From a virus, in the IMG/VR virus record IMGVR_UViG_3300034069_000634, positions 1 through 64,000 of that record: a DNA stretch of 64,000 nucleotides; one strand, 5' to 3'. Shown here one piece after another: positions 43,078 through 52,046 of this stretch; within the stretch, counting starts at the first letter, position 1; each line of letters begins with the position of its first letter. Under the pieces are notes generated by a model. The model searched no databases, was not told the origin of the DNA, and saw only the letters and a program-made list of their open reading frames with translations. The position numbers and the translations under genes are program-made.

Positions 43078-45968
43078 TTCGTGTGAGGTCTGGTTTTAGT
43101 TTTAGGGAAGCCGCGGGCTCGATCGACGACGTCCTCTCTCGGCTCGTCGAGATCGGCGCAAAAGAAGCCCCGATCACGGATCGTGCCAGCACCTTCGGGT
43201 TCTACCGGTGGGACAAAGCCGCGAAAAAGCTCGGACTCCGGCCCGTCTTCGGCGTCGAGCTGGCGGTCACGCCGTCGCTCAACGAGAAGAAGCCGGCGTT
43301 CGACCACACGACCTTCATCGCCAAAGACTCGGTCGCACCGCTGAACCGTCTCGTCGAGACCGCGACGACGCAGTTTCGGTATCGGCCGCTGCTCACCGTC
43401 GAGCAGGCGTTGACCGCCGACGGCGTGTTCAAGATCCTCGGGCATCGCGCCGCGATCGACCGGTACGCGGGCGTGGCCGATACGTTCCTGGCTCTCGGCC
43501 CGTCGACCTCGATGGGTTTGGCGCGGCGCGCGATCGAGCTTGGGATCCCGTTCATCGCCAGTTCCGATAACCGCTATCCGCGTGAATCCGACCGGGGCTT
43601 CTATGAGGTCCTGACCGGCCGGAACGCCGAGACGCAGACGTATCCGCAACACATCCTCTCGGATCTGGAATGGCTCGGCTCGGTCGACCGGCTAAAGCTC
43701 CCGGTCGAGACCCTGTCAGATGCGCTCCGGAACGCCGAGAACGTCCGCGCCGGGTCGACGGCTATCCTGACTCAGGCGAAGCTCCTCGCGCCTCCACGGC
43801 CCGCTACGCTCTACGATATGTGTGTCGAAGGAGCCGAGGCCCTCGGGATCGATCTTCTCGATCAGACCTACGCTGCACGCCTGGACCGGGAACTCTCGCT
43901 GATCGAGGCGAAGGCGTTCGAGGACTATTTCTACATCGTCGCGGACCTGTGCCAGTACGCCCGCTCGGAGATGATCGTCGGGCCGGCGCGTGGGTCGTCG
44001 TGCGGTTCGCTCGTGTGTTATCTCTTGCGGATTACGACTATCGACCCTATTCCTTACGGTCTAATCTTTGAGAGGTTTATCGACGTCAATAGATCCGACC
44101 TCCCAGATATAGACGTAGACTTCAGCGACCAGCAACGCTACAAGATCTTCGATTACCTGAAGGCGAAGTACGGCACGGAGCGCGTCGCCCGTCTCGGGAC
44201 GGTCGCGATGTTCAAGCCGCGCTCGGCCTTGCAGGAATGCGGCGCCGCGCTCCGCGTGCCGCGGTTCAAGACCGATGCGGTCGGCGAGTCGCTCGTCTCG
44301 CGGCCGGACGGCGACGCCCGCGCCCTGAAGATCTTGGAGGACACGTTCGACGGCATCCCGGCCGGCAAGGCACTGATCGAGACCCATCCAGAGATGCGCG
44401 TCGCGACCCGGTTCGAGGGACATCCCAGGCACGCCGGACAGCACGCCGCAGGCGTGGTGATCGCCGAGCGGCCGGTGATCGAGATCGTCGCGATCGACCG
44501 CCGGACCGGGGCGACAATGTGCGACAAGCGCGACGCGGAGGACGGTTACGGGCTCCTGAAGATCGATGCGCTCGGCCTGACGCAGTTGTCGGTGTTTGAG
44601 CGGGCGCTGGAACTGATGGGGATCGGGCGCGAACAGGCGCTCGGGTTCCTCGACGCGCTGCCGCTCGACGACCCGGCCGCGTACCAGATCCTCAACGACG
44701 AGAAATGGTCGGGGATCTTTCAGTTCAACGGCGCCGCGCTCCAGGGGATCACCAAGCAATTCGAGGCGTCCCGGTTCGAGGACGTCGTGACGATCACGGC
44801 GCTCGGTCGTCCGGGGCCGATGATGTCGGGCGGAACGCAGGCCTGGATCGACCGGCGCAACGGCACGAGCCCTGTCACGTACCCGCACCCGATGTTCGAG
44901 CCGCTCTTGGCGGAGACGCTCGGCGTGCTCGTGTATCAGGAACAGGTGATGGCGATCGGCCGTGAGGTCGGCGGCCTGTCCTGGGCGGATGTGACAGCGC
45001 TCCGGAAGCTCATGGCGAAGACCATGGGCCAGGAGGCGCTCGGAAAGTACGCCGAGCCGTGGAAGGCGGGCGCGATCGAGAACGGCCTCGACCCTCTGGT
45101 CGCCGACAAGGTCTGGAACGACCTCGTGACCTTCGGCCAGTACGGTTTCAACAAGTCGCACTCAGTGGCTTACGGACTCGTCTCGTACTGGTGCTTGTGG
45201 CTTAAGGCGCACCACCCGTTCGAGTTCGCCGCGGCTACCCTGTCGTTCGAGCCGGACCCGGACAAGCAGATCAAGATGCTTCGCGAGATGCGCGACGAGG
45301 GCATCGAGTACGTGCCCGTGGACGCTGAGACCTCGACCGAACTCTGGGAGGTCGGATCGAAGGATGGGAGACGCGTGCTCGTCGGGCCGTTGTCGGGCGT
45401 GAAGGGGATCGGGCCGAAGATGATCGGCGACATCCTCGGGCGCCGCGCGCGCAGGGAGCGTCTGACCGACCGACAGGCGAAACTCCTCTCGGATCCGAAG
45501 ACGGCGATCGATTCGCTCTGGCCGATTCGTGACGCGTTTGCCCGGATCATGCCGGATCCGGCCGCGCGCAACATCCACACGGCCCCGACGCAGATCGGCA
45601 CGATCACGATCGAGGACAAGGACCGGACGGTCCTCGTGTTCTGCGTGCTCGCGAAGATCACCGTCTCGAACGAGAACGCACCGGACAAGGTCGAGCGGCG
45701 CGAGGGGCGGGTCTACGACGGACCGATCACGGCGCTCAATCTTCACCTTGCCGACGACACCGGAACGATCTTCGCCAAGATCAGCCGGTACGATTACGAG
45801 GAACTCGGCCAGCCGGTGATCAACCGCGGTCGGGTCGGGAAGGCGCTCTACGCCGTCAAGGGCGTGATCTGGGGCGCGGACGACTTCAAGATGATCAGCG
45901 TCAAGGCGATCCGATACATCGGCGACGTCGGTGATGACGTCGAGTTTTTGGTTCAGGGAGGAGAATAA
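43074..45968 (+). CDS. dnaE: DNA polymerase III alpha-like (DnaE-type) replicase
   Basis: 964 aa with motifs GPARGSSCGSLVCYLLRIT, PDIDVDF, HAAGVVI and FNKSHSVAY. The N-terminal PHP histidines are not evident. Confidence 0.8.
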   Translation: MIRVRSGFSFREAAGSIDDVLSRLVEIGAKEAPITDRASTFGFYRWDKAAKKLGLRPVFGVELAVTPSLNEKKPAFDHTTFIAKDSVAPLNRLVETATTQFRYRPLLTVEQALTADGVFKILGHRAAIDRYAGVADTFLALGPSTSMGLARRAIELGIPFIASSDNRYPRESDRGFYEVLTGRNAETQTYPQHILSDLEWLGSVDRLKLPVETLSDALRNAENVRAGSTAILTQAKLLAPPRPATLYDMCVEGAEALGIDLLDQTYAARLDRELSLIEAKAFEDYFYIVADLCQYARSEMIVGPARGSSCGSLVCYLLRITTIDPIPYGLIFERFIDVNRSDLPDIDVDFSDQQRYKIFDYLKAKYGTERVARLGTVAMFKPRSALQECGAALRVPRFKTDAVGESLVSRPDGDARALKILEDTFDGIPAGKALIETHPEMRVATRFEGHPRHAGQHAAGVVIAERPVIEIVAIDRRTGATMCDKRDAEDGYGLLKIDALGLTQLSVFERALELMGIGREQALGFLDALPLDDPAAYQILNDEKWSGIFQFNGAALQGITKQFEASRFEDVVTITALGRPGPMMSGGTQAWIDRRNGTSPVTYPHPMFEPLLAETLGVLVYQEQVMAIGREVGGLSWADVTALRKLMAKTMGQEALGKYAEPWKAGAIENGLDPLVADKVWNDLVTFGQYGFNKSHSVAYGLVSYWCLWLKAHHPFEFAAATLSFEPDPDKQIKMLREMRDEGIEYVPVDAETSTELWEVGSKDGRRVLVGPLSGVKGIGPKMIGDILGRRARRERLTDRQAKLLSDPKTAIDSLWPIRDAFARIMPDPAARNIHTAPTQIGTITIEDKDRTVLVFCVLAKITVSNENAPDKVERREGRVYDGPITALNLHLADDTGTIFAKISRYDYEELGQPVINRGRVGKALYAVKGVIWGADDFKMISVKAIRYIGDVGDDVEFLVQGGE

Positions 45969-46159
45969 TGACCGATTCTTCAGAAGGGCGCAAAGCTGAG
46001 TGTTCCTACCGGATCACTTGGCGTGGAGATTCTTACGTCCTCCAGGCTCGGTCCCGTAGCGCCGCTCGCTACGCGTCATGGCTGGCCTTTAAGGAGGCCG
46101 GCTACCGGGCTGATCTGCCAACCTTCGCTCGCATGATTGAGATCAAAGCCGAGCGCTGA
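45968..46159 (+). CDS. hypothetical protein
   Basis: 63-aa ORF. Confidence 0.4.
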   Translation: MTDSSEGRKAECSYRITWRGDSYVLQARSRSAARYASWLAFKEAGYRADLPTFARMIEIKAER

Positions 46160-46228
46160 GACCTAGACCCCGGTTCGGGTTCGCTTTAGAACGTCAAAAC
46201 CGCGAAAGTTTCCGGTTAAGGATTTCCA

Positions 46229-47020
46229 ATGCCAGGAGCGGCTTATTACAATGAAATCGATCCCTACGCCGCGGCTTGGCTGCGAAACCTCATCGCCGCC
46301 GGACATATCGCCCCCGGCGAGGTCGACGAGCGCGATATCCGAGATGTCTCGCCCGACGATCTGCGAGGCTTCGTCCAGTGCCATTTCTTCGCAGGAATCG
46401 GCGTCTGGAGCTATGCCCTCCGGCTCGCCGGGTGGGACGACGAACGGCCGGTGTGGACCGGTTCCTGTCCGTGTCAGCCTTTCAGCGCGGGAGGCTCAAA
46501 AAAGGGATTCGTTGACGAGCGGCACCTCTGGCCGGCTTGGTTCCATCTCATCGGAGAGCAAGCGCCTGGGTTTGTCTTTGGAGAGCAGGTTGCGAGCAAG
46601 GACGGCCTCGGTTGGCTCGACCTTGTTTACGCTGACATGGAAGGTGCGGGTTACACCATCGGGGCTGCCGATCTGTGCGCTGCGGGCGTCGGTGCTCCGC
46701 ATATCAGACAACGACTCTGGTTCGTGGCCCACGCCGACACGCAGCGATACCAGAGGATACAGCGAGAGCGCAGTTTTAGATTGGGTGAGGAAAGAAAGAA
46801 AGAATACACACAATTTAGATTTAAATCTTGCAGCCAAATTGGCAATTATTCCGGTTGGGTTTCCTGCCATGATGGGAAAATCCGGCCAATTGAACCCGGC
46901 ACATTCCCGCTGGCTCATGGGATTGCCAACCGCGTGGGACGACTGCGCGCCTACGGCAACGCGATCAATGCGGAAGTCGCCGCGACCTTCATAGCCGCCG
47001 CCCTCGACGTCCTCCCGTAA
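46229..47020 (+). CDS. DNA (cytosine-5) methyltransferase; a second overlapping frame is also open (46251..46994)
   Basis: Motifs [26 protein letters not shown] and AYGNAI are in this frame. The +1 frame shows SWPTPTRSD and [13 protein letters not shown]. Confidence 0.7.
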   Translation: MPGAAYYNEIDPYAAAWLRNLIAAGHIAPGEVDERDIRDVSPDDLRGFVQCHFFAGIGVWSYALRLAGWDDERPVWTGSCPCQPFSAGGSKKGFVDERHLWPAWFHLIGEQAPGFVFGEQVASKDGLGWLDLVYADMEGAGYTIGAADLCAAGVGAPHIRQRLWFVAHADTQRYQRIQRERSFRLGEERKKEYTQFRFKSCSQIGNYSGWVSCHDGKIRPIEPGTFPLAHGIANRVGRLRAYGNAINAEVAATFIAAALDVLP

Positions 47021-47032
47021 TCGGAAATCACC

Positions 47033-49243
47033 ATGAAAAAGTTGAAGATTCTGACCGACGTTCCGTCCCTGCGCGACTACTTCTCGCGCATCGGCGCGGA
47101 GCCGAGGAGCCTGCGGACGGCGGTCGTGAAGGAGGTGTCGGGGAAATACTGGCGCGATCTCGCGGTGATCCGCGTCGACGAGAAGGGCGCGATCAGCGCG
47201 CCGCTTGAGTACGCGCCGACGGAAGCCGAGGCGGCTGCGATCATCGAGGGGTGTATCGAGTACGACTGGCCGAAGATCAAGCCGCTCGCCGCGCTGGGAT
47301 CGGTCCCGCCGATGGTGGCCGACGCGGATCCGAAGAACGTGTTCGAGTTCCGCAACGACGCGAACGAGATCGTGATGCTCCAGGTGCGGATGGAGCGCGA
47401 CAACGAGCGCGCTTATGTGCCGTGGACATATTGGGATGACGATGAGTGGCGCTCGGCCGAGCCGGACGGGCCGCTGCCGCTGTTCAACGCGCATCTCCTG
47501 AAGGGCGCCTCGACGGTGTTCATCCACGAAGGCGCGAAGGCGGCGCGGTTCGTTCAGACCATGGTCGAGGGCAAGACCCGCGAGGACCGGGATCGGCTGA
47601 AGGCGCACCCGTGGGGCCTGGAGATGACCGGCGCGGTTCATGTCGGATGGATCGGGGGCGCGATGAGCCCCGGCCGGACGGATTGGACGGTGATCAAGAA
47701 GGCCGGGATCGCGCGGGCGTTCATCGTCGCCGACAACGACGAGCCGGGGAAGTCGGCGGTCCCGAAGATCGCCCAGGCGCTCCGGTGTCCGACCTTCGCG
47801 ATCCAGTTCACCGACGAGTTCCCGGCGAGCTTCGATCTCGCCGACCGGTTCCCGGAGAAGATGACGAAGGGGCCATACTATACCGGGCCGGCGTTCCGGG
47901 AGTGTCAGCACCCCGCGACCTGGGCGACGGACCAGATCCCGAATCCGGAGGGCAAGGGACGGCCGCTCACGGTCCTGCGGGAATCGTTCCGGTCGATGTG
48001 GGCCTACGTCGAGGAAAGCGATCTGTTCGTCTGCCGGGAGATGCCGGAGATCCTCCGGCCGGAGCCGATCCTGAACAAGATGCTGGCCTCGTTCTCACAC
48101 GTCAACGAGACCTCGAAACTGATCGTGAAGGCGTATCAGGGGCGCTCGACCCGGCTGTGCTACCGGCCGGATCACGAGGGGCTTCAGGTCACGTTCCGGG
48201 GTTCGTCGGCGATCAACCTCCACGTCCCGGGGCCGATCAAGCCGGCGACCGGGGATCCGAAGCCGTTTCTGGATTTTCTGAGCTACCTGTTTCCGAACGA
48301 GCGTGAGCGGTACGAGGTCGAGCGGTGGTGCGCGACCCTGATCGCGCGGCCCGATATCCGGATGTCGTACGGGCTCCTGCTGATCTCCGAGAAGCAAGGG
48401 GTCGGCAAGACGACCCTCGGGGCCGGGATCCTGGCGCCGTTGGTCGGGGTCTCGAATGTCGGGTATCCCGGCGAGAACGACGTGACGGCCGCGTTCAACG
48501 ATTGGGTTGCGCACAAGCGATTGGCGATCGTCAACGAGATCTATTCCGGCTCGTCGTGGAAGGCGTACCACGCCCTGAAGTCCGTGATCACCGACAAGGA
48601 GGTCATGGTCAACCAAAAATACACACGTCAGTACGTCATCGACAATTGGTGCCACGTTCTCGCGTGCAGTAACTCCATGCGGGCGCTCAAGATGGAGAAC
48701 GACGATCGCCGTTGGTTCTATCCCGAAGTCACGGAATTGCCCTGGGGTAGGGATAAGTTCAATTTGTTTCGTGAATGGATAGATGCTGGCGGCCTTTCTA
48801 TAGTTAAAAGATGGGCGTTAGACTTTGGAGATTACGTGGAACCGGCGGAACGTGCGCCGATGACTGACCGGAAGAAGGAGATGATTGAGGGATCACGTTC
48901 CGAGGCTCAGGCAGAAGCTGCCGCGGTCGCCGAAGCACTTCGCGACATGAAGAATCCGGCGGCCGTTGCTTTGAAAGACGTTGTCGCTTTCGTGCGGTCC
49001 CATGCCCAGGGACGGGTGTTCGACAGCGATTACGAGTTGCGCAAGGCGATGGTCGATTGCGGCGTCGTGCCCCTGAAGAAGCGGATCAAGATCGGTGGCC
49101 GGTTGCAGTACGCGATCGCCAATGAGGCCCTGGCCGATGCGCTGCGGAACATGGGCAACGATCCCGAGGCCGATGGGCCGAAGGCCGCGCTCATCCGGGA
49201 GCGGATCGTGAAGTGCTCGGACCTGATCCATGGGGAGATGTGA
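47033..49243 (+). CDS. primase-helicase (Toprim + SF3/D5-like)
   Basis: Toprim-like IHEGAKAA..VADNDEPG and Walker A SEKQGVGKTT. Confidence 0.75.
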   Translation: MKKLKILTDVPSLRDYFSRIGAEPRSLRTAVVKEVSGKYWRDLAVIRVDEKGAISAPLEYAPTEAEAAAIIEGCIEYDWPKIKPLAALGSVPPMVADADPKNVFEFRNDANEIVMLQVRMERDNERAYVPWTYWDDDEWRSAEPDGPLPLFNAHLLKGASTVFIHEGAKAARFVQTMVEGKTREDRDRLKAHPWGLEMTGAVHVGWIGGAMSPGRTDWTVIKKAGIARAFIVADNDEPGKSAVPKIAQALRCPTFAIQFTDEFPASFDLADRFPEKMTKGPYYTGPAFRECQHPATWATDQIPNPEGKGRPLTVLRESFRSMWAYVEESDLFVCREMPEILRPEPILNKMLASFSHVNETSKLIVKAYQGRSTRLCYRPDHEGLQVTFRGSSAINLHVPGPIKPATGDPKPFLDFLSYLFPNERERYEVERWCATLIARPDIRMSYGLLLISEKQGVGKTTLGAGILAPLVGVSNVGYPGENDVTAAFNDWVAHKRLAIVNEIYSGSSWKAYHALKSVITDKEVMVNQKYTRQYVIDNWCHVLACSNSMRALKMENDDRRWFYPEVTELPWGRDKFNLFREWIDAGGLSIVKRWALDFGDYVEPAERAPMTDRKKEMIEGSRSEAQAEAAAVAEALRDMKNPAAVALKDVVAFVRSHAQGRVFDSDYELRKAMVDCGVVPLKKRIKIGGRLQYAIANEALADALRNMGNDPEADGPKAALIRERIVKCSDLIHGEM

Positions 49244-49244
49244 G
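49201..49244 (+). repeat. 44-nt direct repeat, left copy (3' end of the primase-helicase gene)
   Basis: 43/44 identical to 49466..49509. Confidence 0.9.
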
Positions 49245-49248
49245 TAAC

Positions 49249-49476
49249 ATGAAGCCCTTACCCGCATACTCGTTCGTGGAGCCCTGGTTCATGGGCCGCT
49301 GCAAAGTCGCCATGGGTGATGCCGTGTTCGATGTCGTGCGGTGGGAGGCGCCTATCCGCATCGTCCGATTCACGGCTCGCCGGAATGGTGCCGTTGTCGC
49401 CGAGCGCGCCAAGTTCACGATGCTGCTTCGGGACTTGGCCGCCCTTGCCCCCGCCGCCCCTACAGGCGGATCGTGA
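49249..49476 (+). CDS. hypothetical protein bracketed by direct repeats
   Basis: 75 aa. Its stop lies inside the right repeat copy. Confidence 0.45.
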   Translation: MKPLPAYSFVEPWFMGRCKVAMGDAVFDVVRWEAPIRIVRFTARRNGAVVAERAKFTMLLRDLAALAPAAPTGGS

Positions 49477-49509
49477 AGTGCTCGGACCTGATTCATGGGG
49501 AGATGTGAG
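49466..49509 (+). repeat. 44-nt direct repeat, right copy
   Basis: 43/44 identical to 49201..49244. Confidence 0.9.
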
Positions 49510-49692
49510 ATGGAAGACACTGATCTGGCTTTGAAACTTTTGGTGTTTTGCCGCCAATTCATCTCGGAGCAGGCGATCACCTGTATGGAGACAATCTATC
49601 AAACCGATCGTGTTGCCGAGAATGCGTTCCAATTCATCGAAGGCGTGTGCAAAATCGCAGGTTATGCGCCGCCAGATGCCGAGGAGGACTGA
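49510..49692 (+). CDS. hypothetical protein
   Basis: 60 aa. The ATG follows the repeat immediately. Confidence 0.4.
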   Translation: MEDTDLALKLLVFCRQFISEQAITCMETIYQTDRVAENAFQFIEGVCKIAGYAPPDAEED

Positions 49693-49694
49693 CC

Positions 49695-49955
49695 ATGGAA
49701 ACAAACCCAGAAGTCGAGATCCTCTACACGAACTGGCGCGGCGAGACGGCCGTGCGGCGGATCGTGCCGGCGAGGTGGCTTGTCGGTTCGAGCGAGTGGC
49801 ACCCGGAATCGCAATGGCTGATGCGGGCATGGGACGTCGAGAAGGGTGCATGGCGCGAGTTCGCGATGAGCGGGATCCTCGCCTGGGGCGCCGAGGCGGT
49901 AGCGAAGATGGTCAAGGAAGAACGGGAACGGATCAGGGCGAGGGATATACGATGA
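49695..49955 (+). CDS. hypothetical protein
   Basis: 86 aa. Confidence 0.45.
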   Translation: METNPEVEILYTNWRGETAVRRIVPARWLVGSSEWHPESQWLMRAWDVEKGAWREFAMSGILAWGAEAVAKMVKEERERIRARDIR

Positions 49956-50254
49956 CCGACAAGAAACAGATCCCCAAGGAGATCGCGCGAGCATTTGAGG
50001 CGTTCGATATCGCCTCATCGACGCTTGCCGGTCAGATCTGGATCGCACCGGGCGATGGTGACGAGGCGGACAGGACGCAGGCCGAGCTTTTCTCCGAGAT
50101 CCGTCGAGCCCTGATCGCCGCCTACGACGCAGGCTTCGCGGCCAGTGGCGAGGAGTGGAACGGCGAGTATCCGGACGCCGAGGACCGGAAGGAATCGTAC
50201 GAGCGGACGCGGGCCGAGTGGCTTGAGGATTTTGCGAAGGAGGGAAAGCGATGA
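49952..50254 (+). CDS. hypothetical acidic protein
   Basis: 100 aa, ATGA-coupled. Confidence 0.45.
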   Translation: MTDKKQIPKEIARAFEAFDIASSTLAGQIWIAPGDGDEADRTQAELFSEIRRALIAAYDAGFAASGEEWNGEYPDAEDRKESYERTRAEWLEDFAKEGKR

Positions 50255-50748
50255 AGGGTGTTTCAGGATACCGGCCGCCGAACGTGACGAAGCTGTCTGT
50301 TCGAAGCGCCGTTCAGAGAGAGCCGAATCTGCACAAGAGGAGGCTTTTCAAAAAGGAAAGCGACTTAAGATCCTGGGTCAAAGAGCGTACGCAGGATCCA
50401 TTCTGGATCGAGCCGACGCGCGGTTCGACGATCGGCGTGCCGGACGTCTACGCCCATGATAGCGGCGGAGTATGGGTCGAACTCAAACACGGAGACTGCA
50501 AGGACCGGCGCCTTCTCCAGTGGAAGCCGAGACCGGGGCAATACGACAAGATTAGAACGTTGCGAAATCGAGGGGCACGGGTCGGTGTAGCGATCGGTTT
50601 TGGCAATCTCATTTTCGTGACCAGCGACCCCGAGCTTTTCCGGGTCGGATGGGCGGAGATCCGGGCCGAGGATCTCATCGACGGGCGAGACCCGGATGCG
50701 TGGTCTCGCGTGATCGAAACGATCCTAAACGACTGTCAGAAAACATAA
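50251..50748 (+). CDS. VRR-NUC / PD-(D/E)xK-type nuclease (resolvase-like)
   Basis: ESDLRSWV..PDVYAH..GVWVELK pattern. Confidence 0.5.
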   Translation: MKGVSGYRPPNVTKLSVRSAVQREPNLHKRRLFKKESDLRSWVKERTQDPFWIEPTRGSTIGVPDVYAHDSGGVWVELKHGDCKDRRLLQWKPRPGQYDKIRTLRNRGARVGVAIGFGNLIFVTSDPELFRVGWAEIRAEDLIDGRDPDAWSRVIETILNDCQKT

Positions 50749-50775
50749 AAACGCTGAAAAACGGGCAAAATTCTG

Positions 50776-50935
50776 CGAGGTACCAGTTCCAATTTTTCGC
50801 ATGTTCCTGGGTACGGGAGCATTTTAGTCTCTGGATTCATATTCTTATCTTCTTCTTATAATAAGAAGATTATATATAAGGATTAAAACCGGGAGAGTCC
50901 CTGCCTCCGAGGGGTAAAAGTGAACTGGTACCTCG
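50776..50935 (+). repeat. long-stem AT-cored palindromic element, copy 3 (diverged)
   Basis: Core blocks are 26/27 and 16/16 identical to copy 1. The outer stem is retained through compensatory changes. Confidence 0.8.
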
Positions 50936-51045
50936 CCTCGACCCTCCCGACCGCCCCGGATTTTGCCGTTCCACCTATTCCCGTTAGAACTATCCCGTAG
51001 GAAGCCCCAGGACGCCCGTCCCGGCTCGAACCGAGGAATCCGACC

Positions 51046-51840
51046 TTGAACCGTCTCAAGCCCGTCCTGGCCCCGTTTCTGGGCGCCCTAGCCCTCCTCG
51101 CGACCCTTCTCGGTCCCGTGTTCGCGGAAACCTCCTGTCCCGCGCACTACGCCGACGGGAAGCCGCCCGAACTCGCCCAGGCCGACCTCGGCGCGATCGA
51201 GCTTTGCTCCGAGGCGTTCGCCGTCGCCGTGACCCCCGCAACCATGAACCCGGTCTACGCGGCCGAGCACCTCACGCCCGCCGGCCTTGCGGGCGCGGTC
51301 CAGATCCCGCGGGTCGACGCCTTCCACCCCGACGAGCGCGTCCCGTACGACTTCCGCGCCGAGCTTCGGGACTACGCCGCCTCCGGCTTCGACCGCGGCC
51401 ACATGGCCCCGGCCGGCGACATGCCGACCCCGAGCGCGCAGCATGAGAGCTTCGCCCTGTCGAACATGGTCCCGCAGAACCCGAACCTGAACCGTGGCCT
51501 CTGGGCGAAGATCGAGGAGCGCGTCCGCCGCGAGGTCGTCCTTCGGAAGGAAGGCTTCGTCGTCACCGGCCCGGCGTACTCGGGCGCCCCGAAGCGGCTC
51601 AATGGCCACGTGATGATCCCGACGCGGATCTGGAAGGCGGTCTACATGCCGGGCGATGCCGCGACGAACACCCCGGCGCTCGCGGGTGCCTACATCGTCG
51701 ACAACGCCGCCGATGCGAAGGCCGAGATCGTCTCGATCGGTGCACTGGCGCGCACGATCGGCTTCGACCCGATCCCCGGAGCGCCGGCTGAGGCTCACAG
51801 TCTCGCCAACCTTCCGGCCGTGACGGAGGCGTCTCGATGA
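51046..51840 (+). CDS. secreted DNA/RNA non-specific endonuclease (NucA/EndoG family)
   Basis: TTG start, a signal peptide, and the FDRGHMAP..SNMVPQNPNLNRG active-site motifs. Confidence 0.75.
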   Translation: MNRLKPVLAPFLGALALLATLLGPVFAETSCPAHYADGKPPELAQADLGAIELCSEAFAVAVTPATMNPVYAAEHLTPAGLAGAVQIPRVDAFHPDERVPYDFRAELRDYAASGFDRGHMAPAGDMPTPSAQHESFALSNMVPQNPNLNRGLWAKIEERVRREVVLRKEGFVVTGPAYSGAPKRLNGHVMIPTRIWKAVYMPGDAATNTPALAGAYIVDNAADAKAEIVSIGALARTIGFDPIPGAPAEAHSLANLPAVTEASR

Positions 51841-52046
51841 CTCCCGACGAGCGCTCCGCCTTCAAGACCGCCCGACGGATCGAATCGTACTGGCTCGCGC
51901 AGGGTTATCCGTCGGTCTCGTGCGAGATCGTCACGGTCACGTCCGAGACCGGCTCGATCAGCCACGAGGTCCGGTGTAACCTCGTCAACGGCCTGCCGGT
52001 CGACTTCCACCCGGCGGACCTCCGCAGGCTCGGGAGGACGGGATGA
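51837..52046 (+). CDS. hypothetical protein
   Basis: 69 aa, ATGA-coupled. Confidence 0.45.
   Translation: MTPDERSAFKTARRIESYWLAQGYPSVSCEIVTVTSETGSISHEVRCNLVNGLPVDFHPADLRRLGRTG

Noticed and set aside
46496-47911. 471-aa ORF on the - strand spanning the methylase/primase-helicase junction.
   Set aside because: It has no motifs and an Arg-rich composition. It is antisense to two genes with clear catalytic motifs, so it is a GC artefact.
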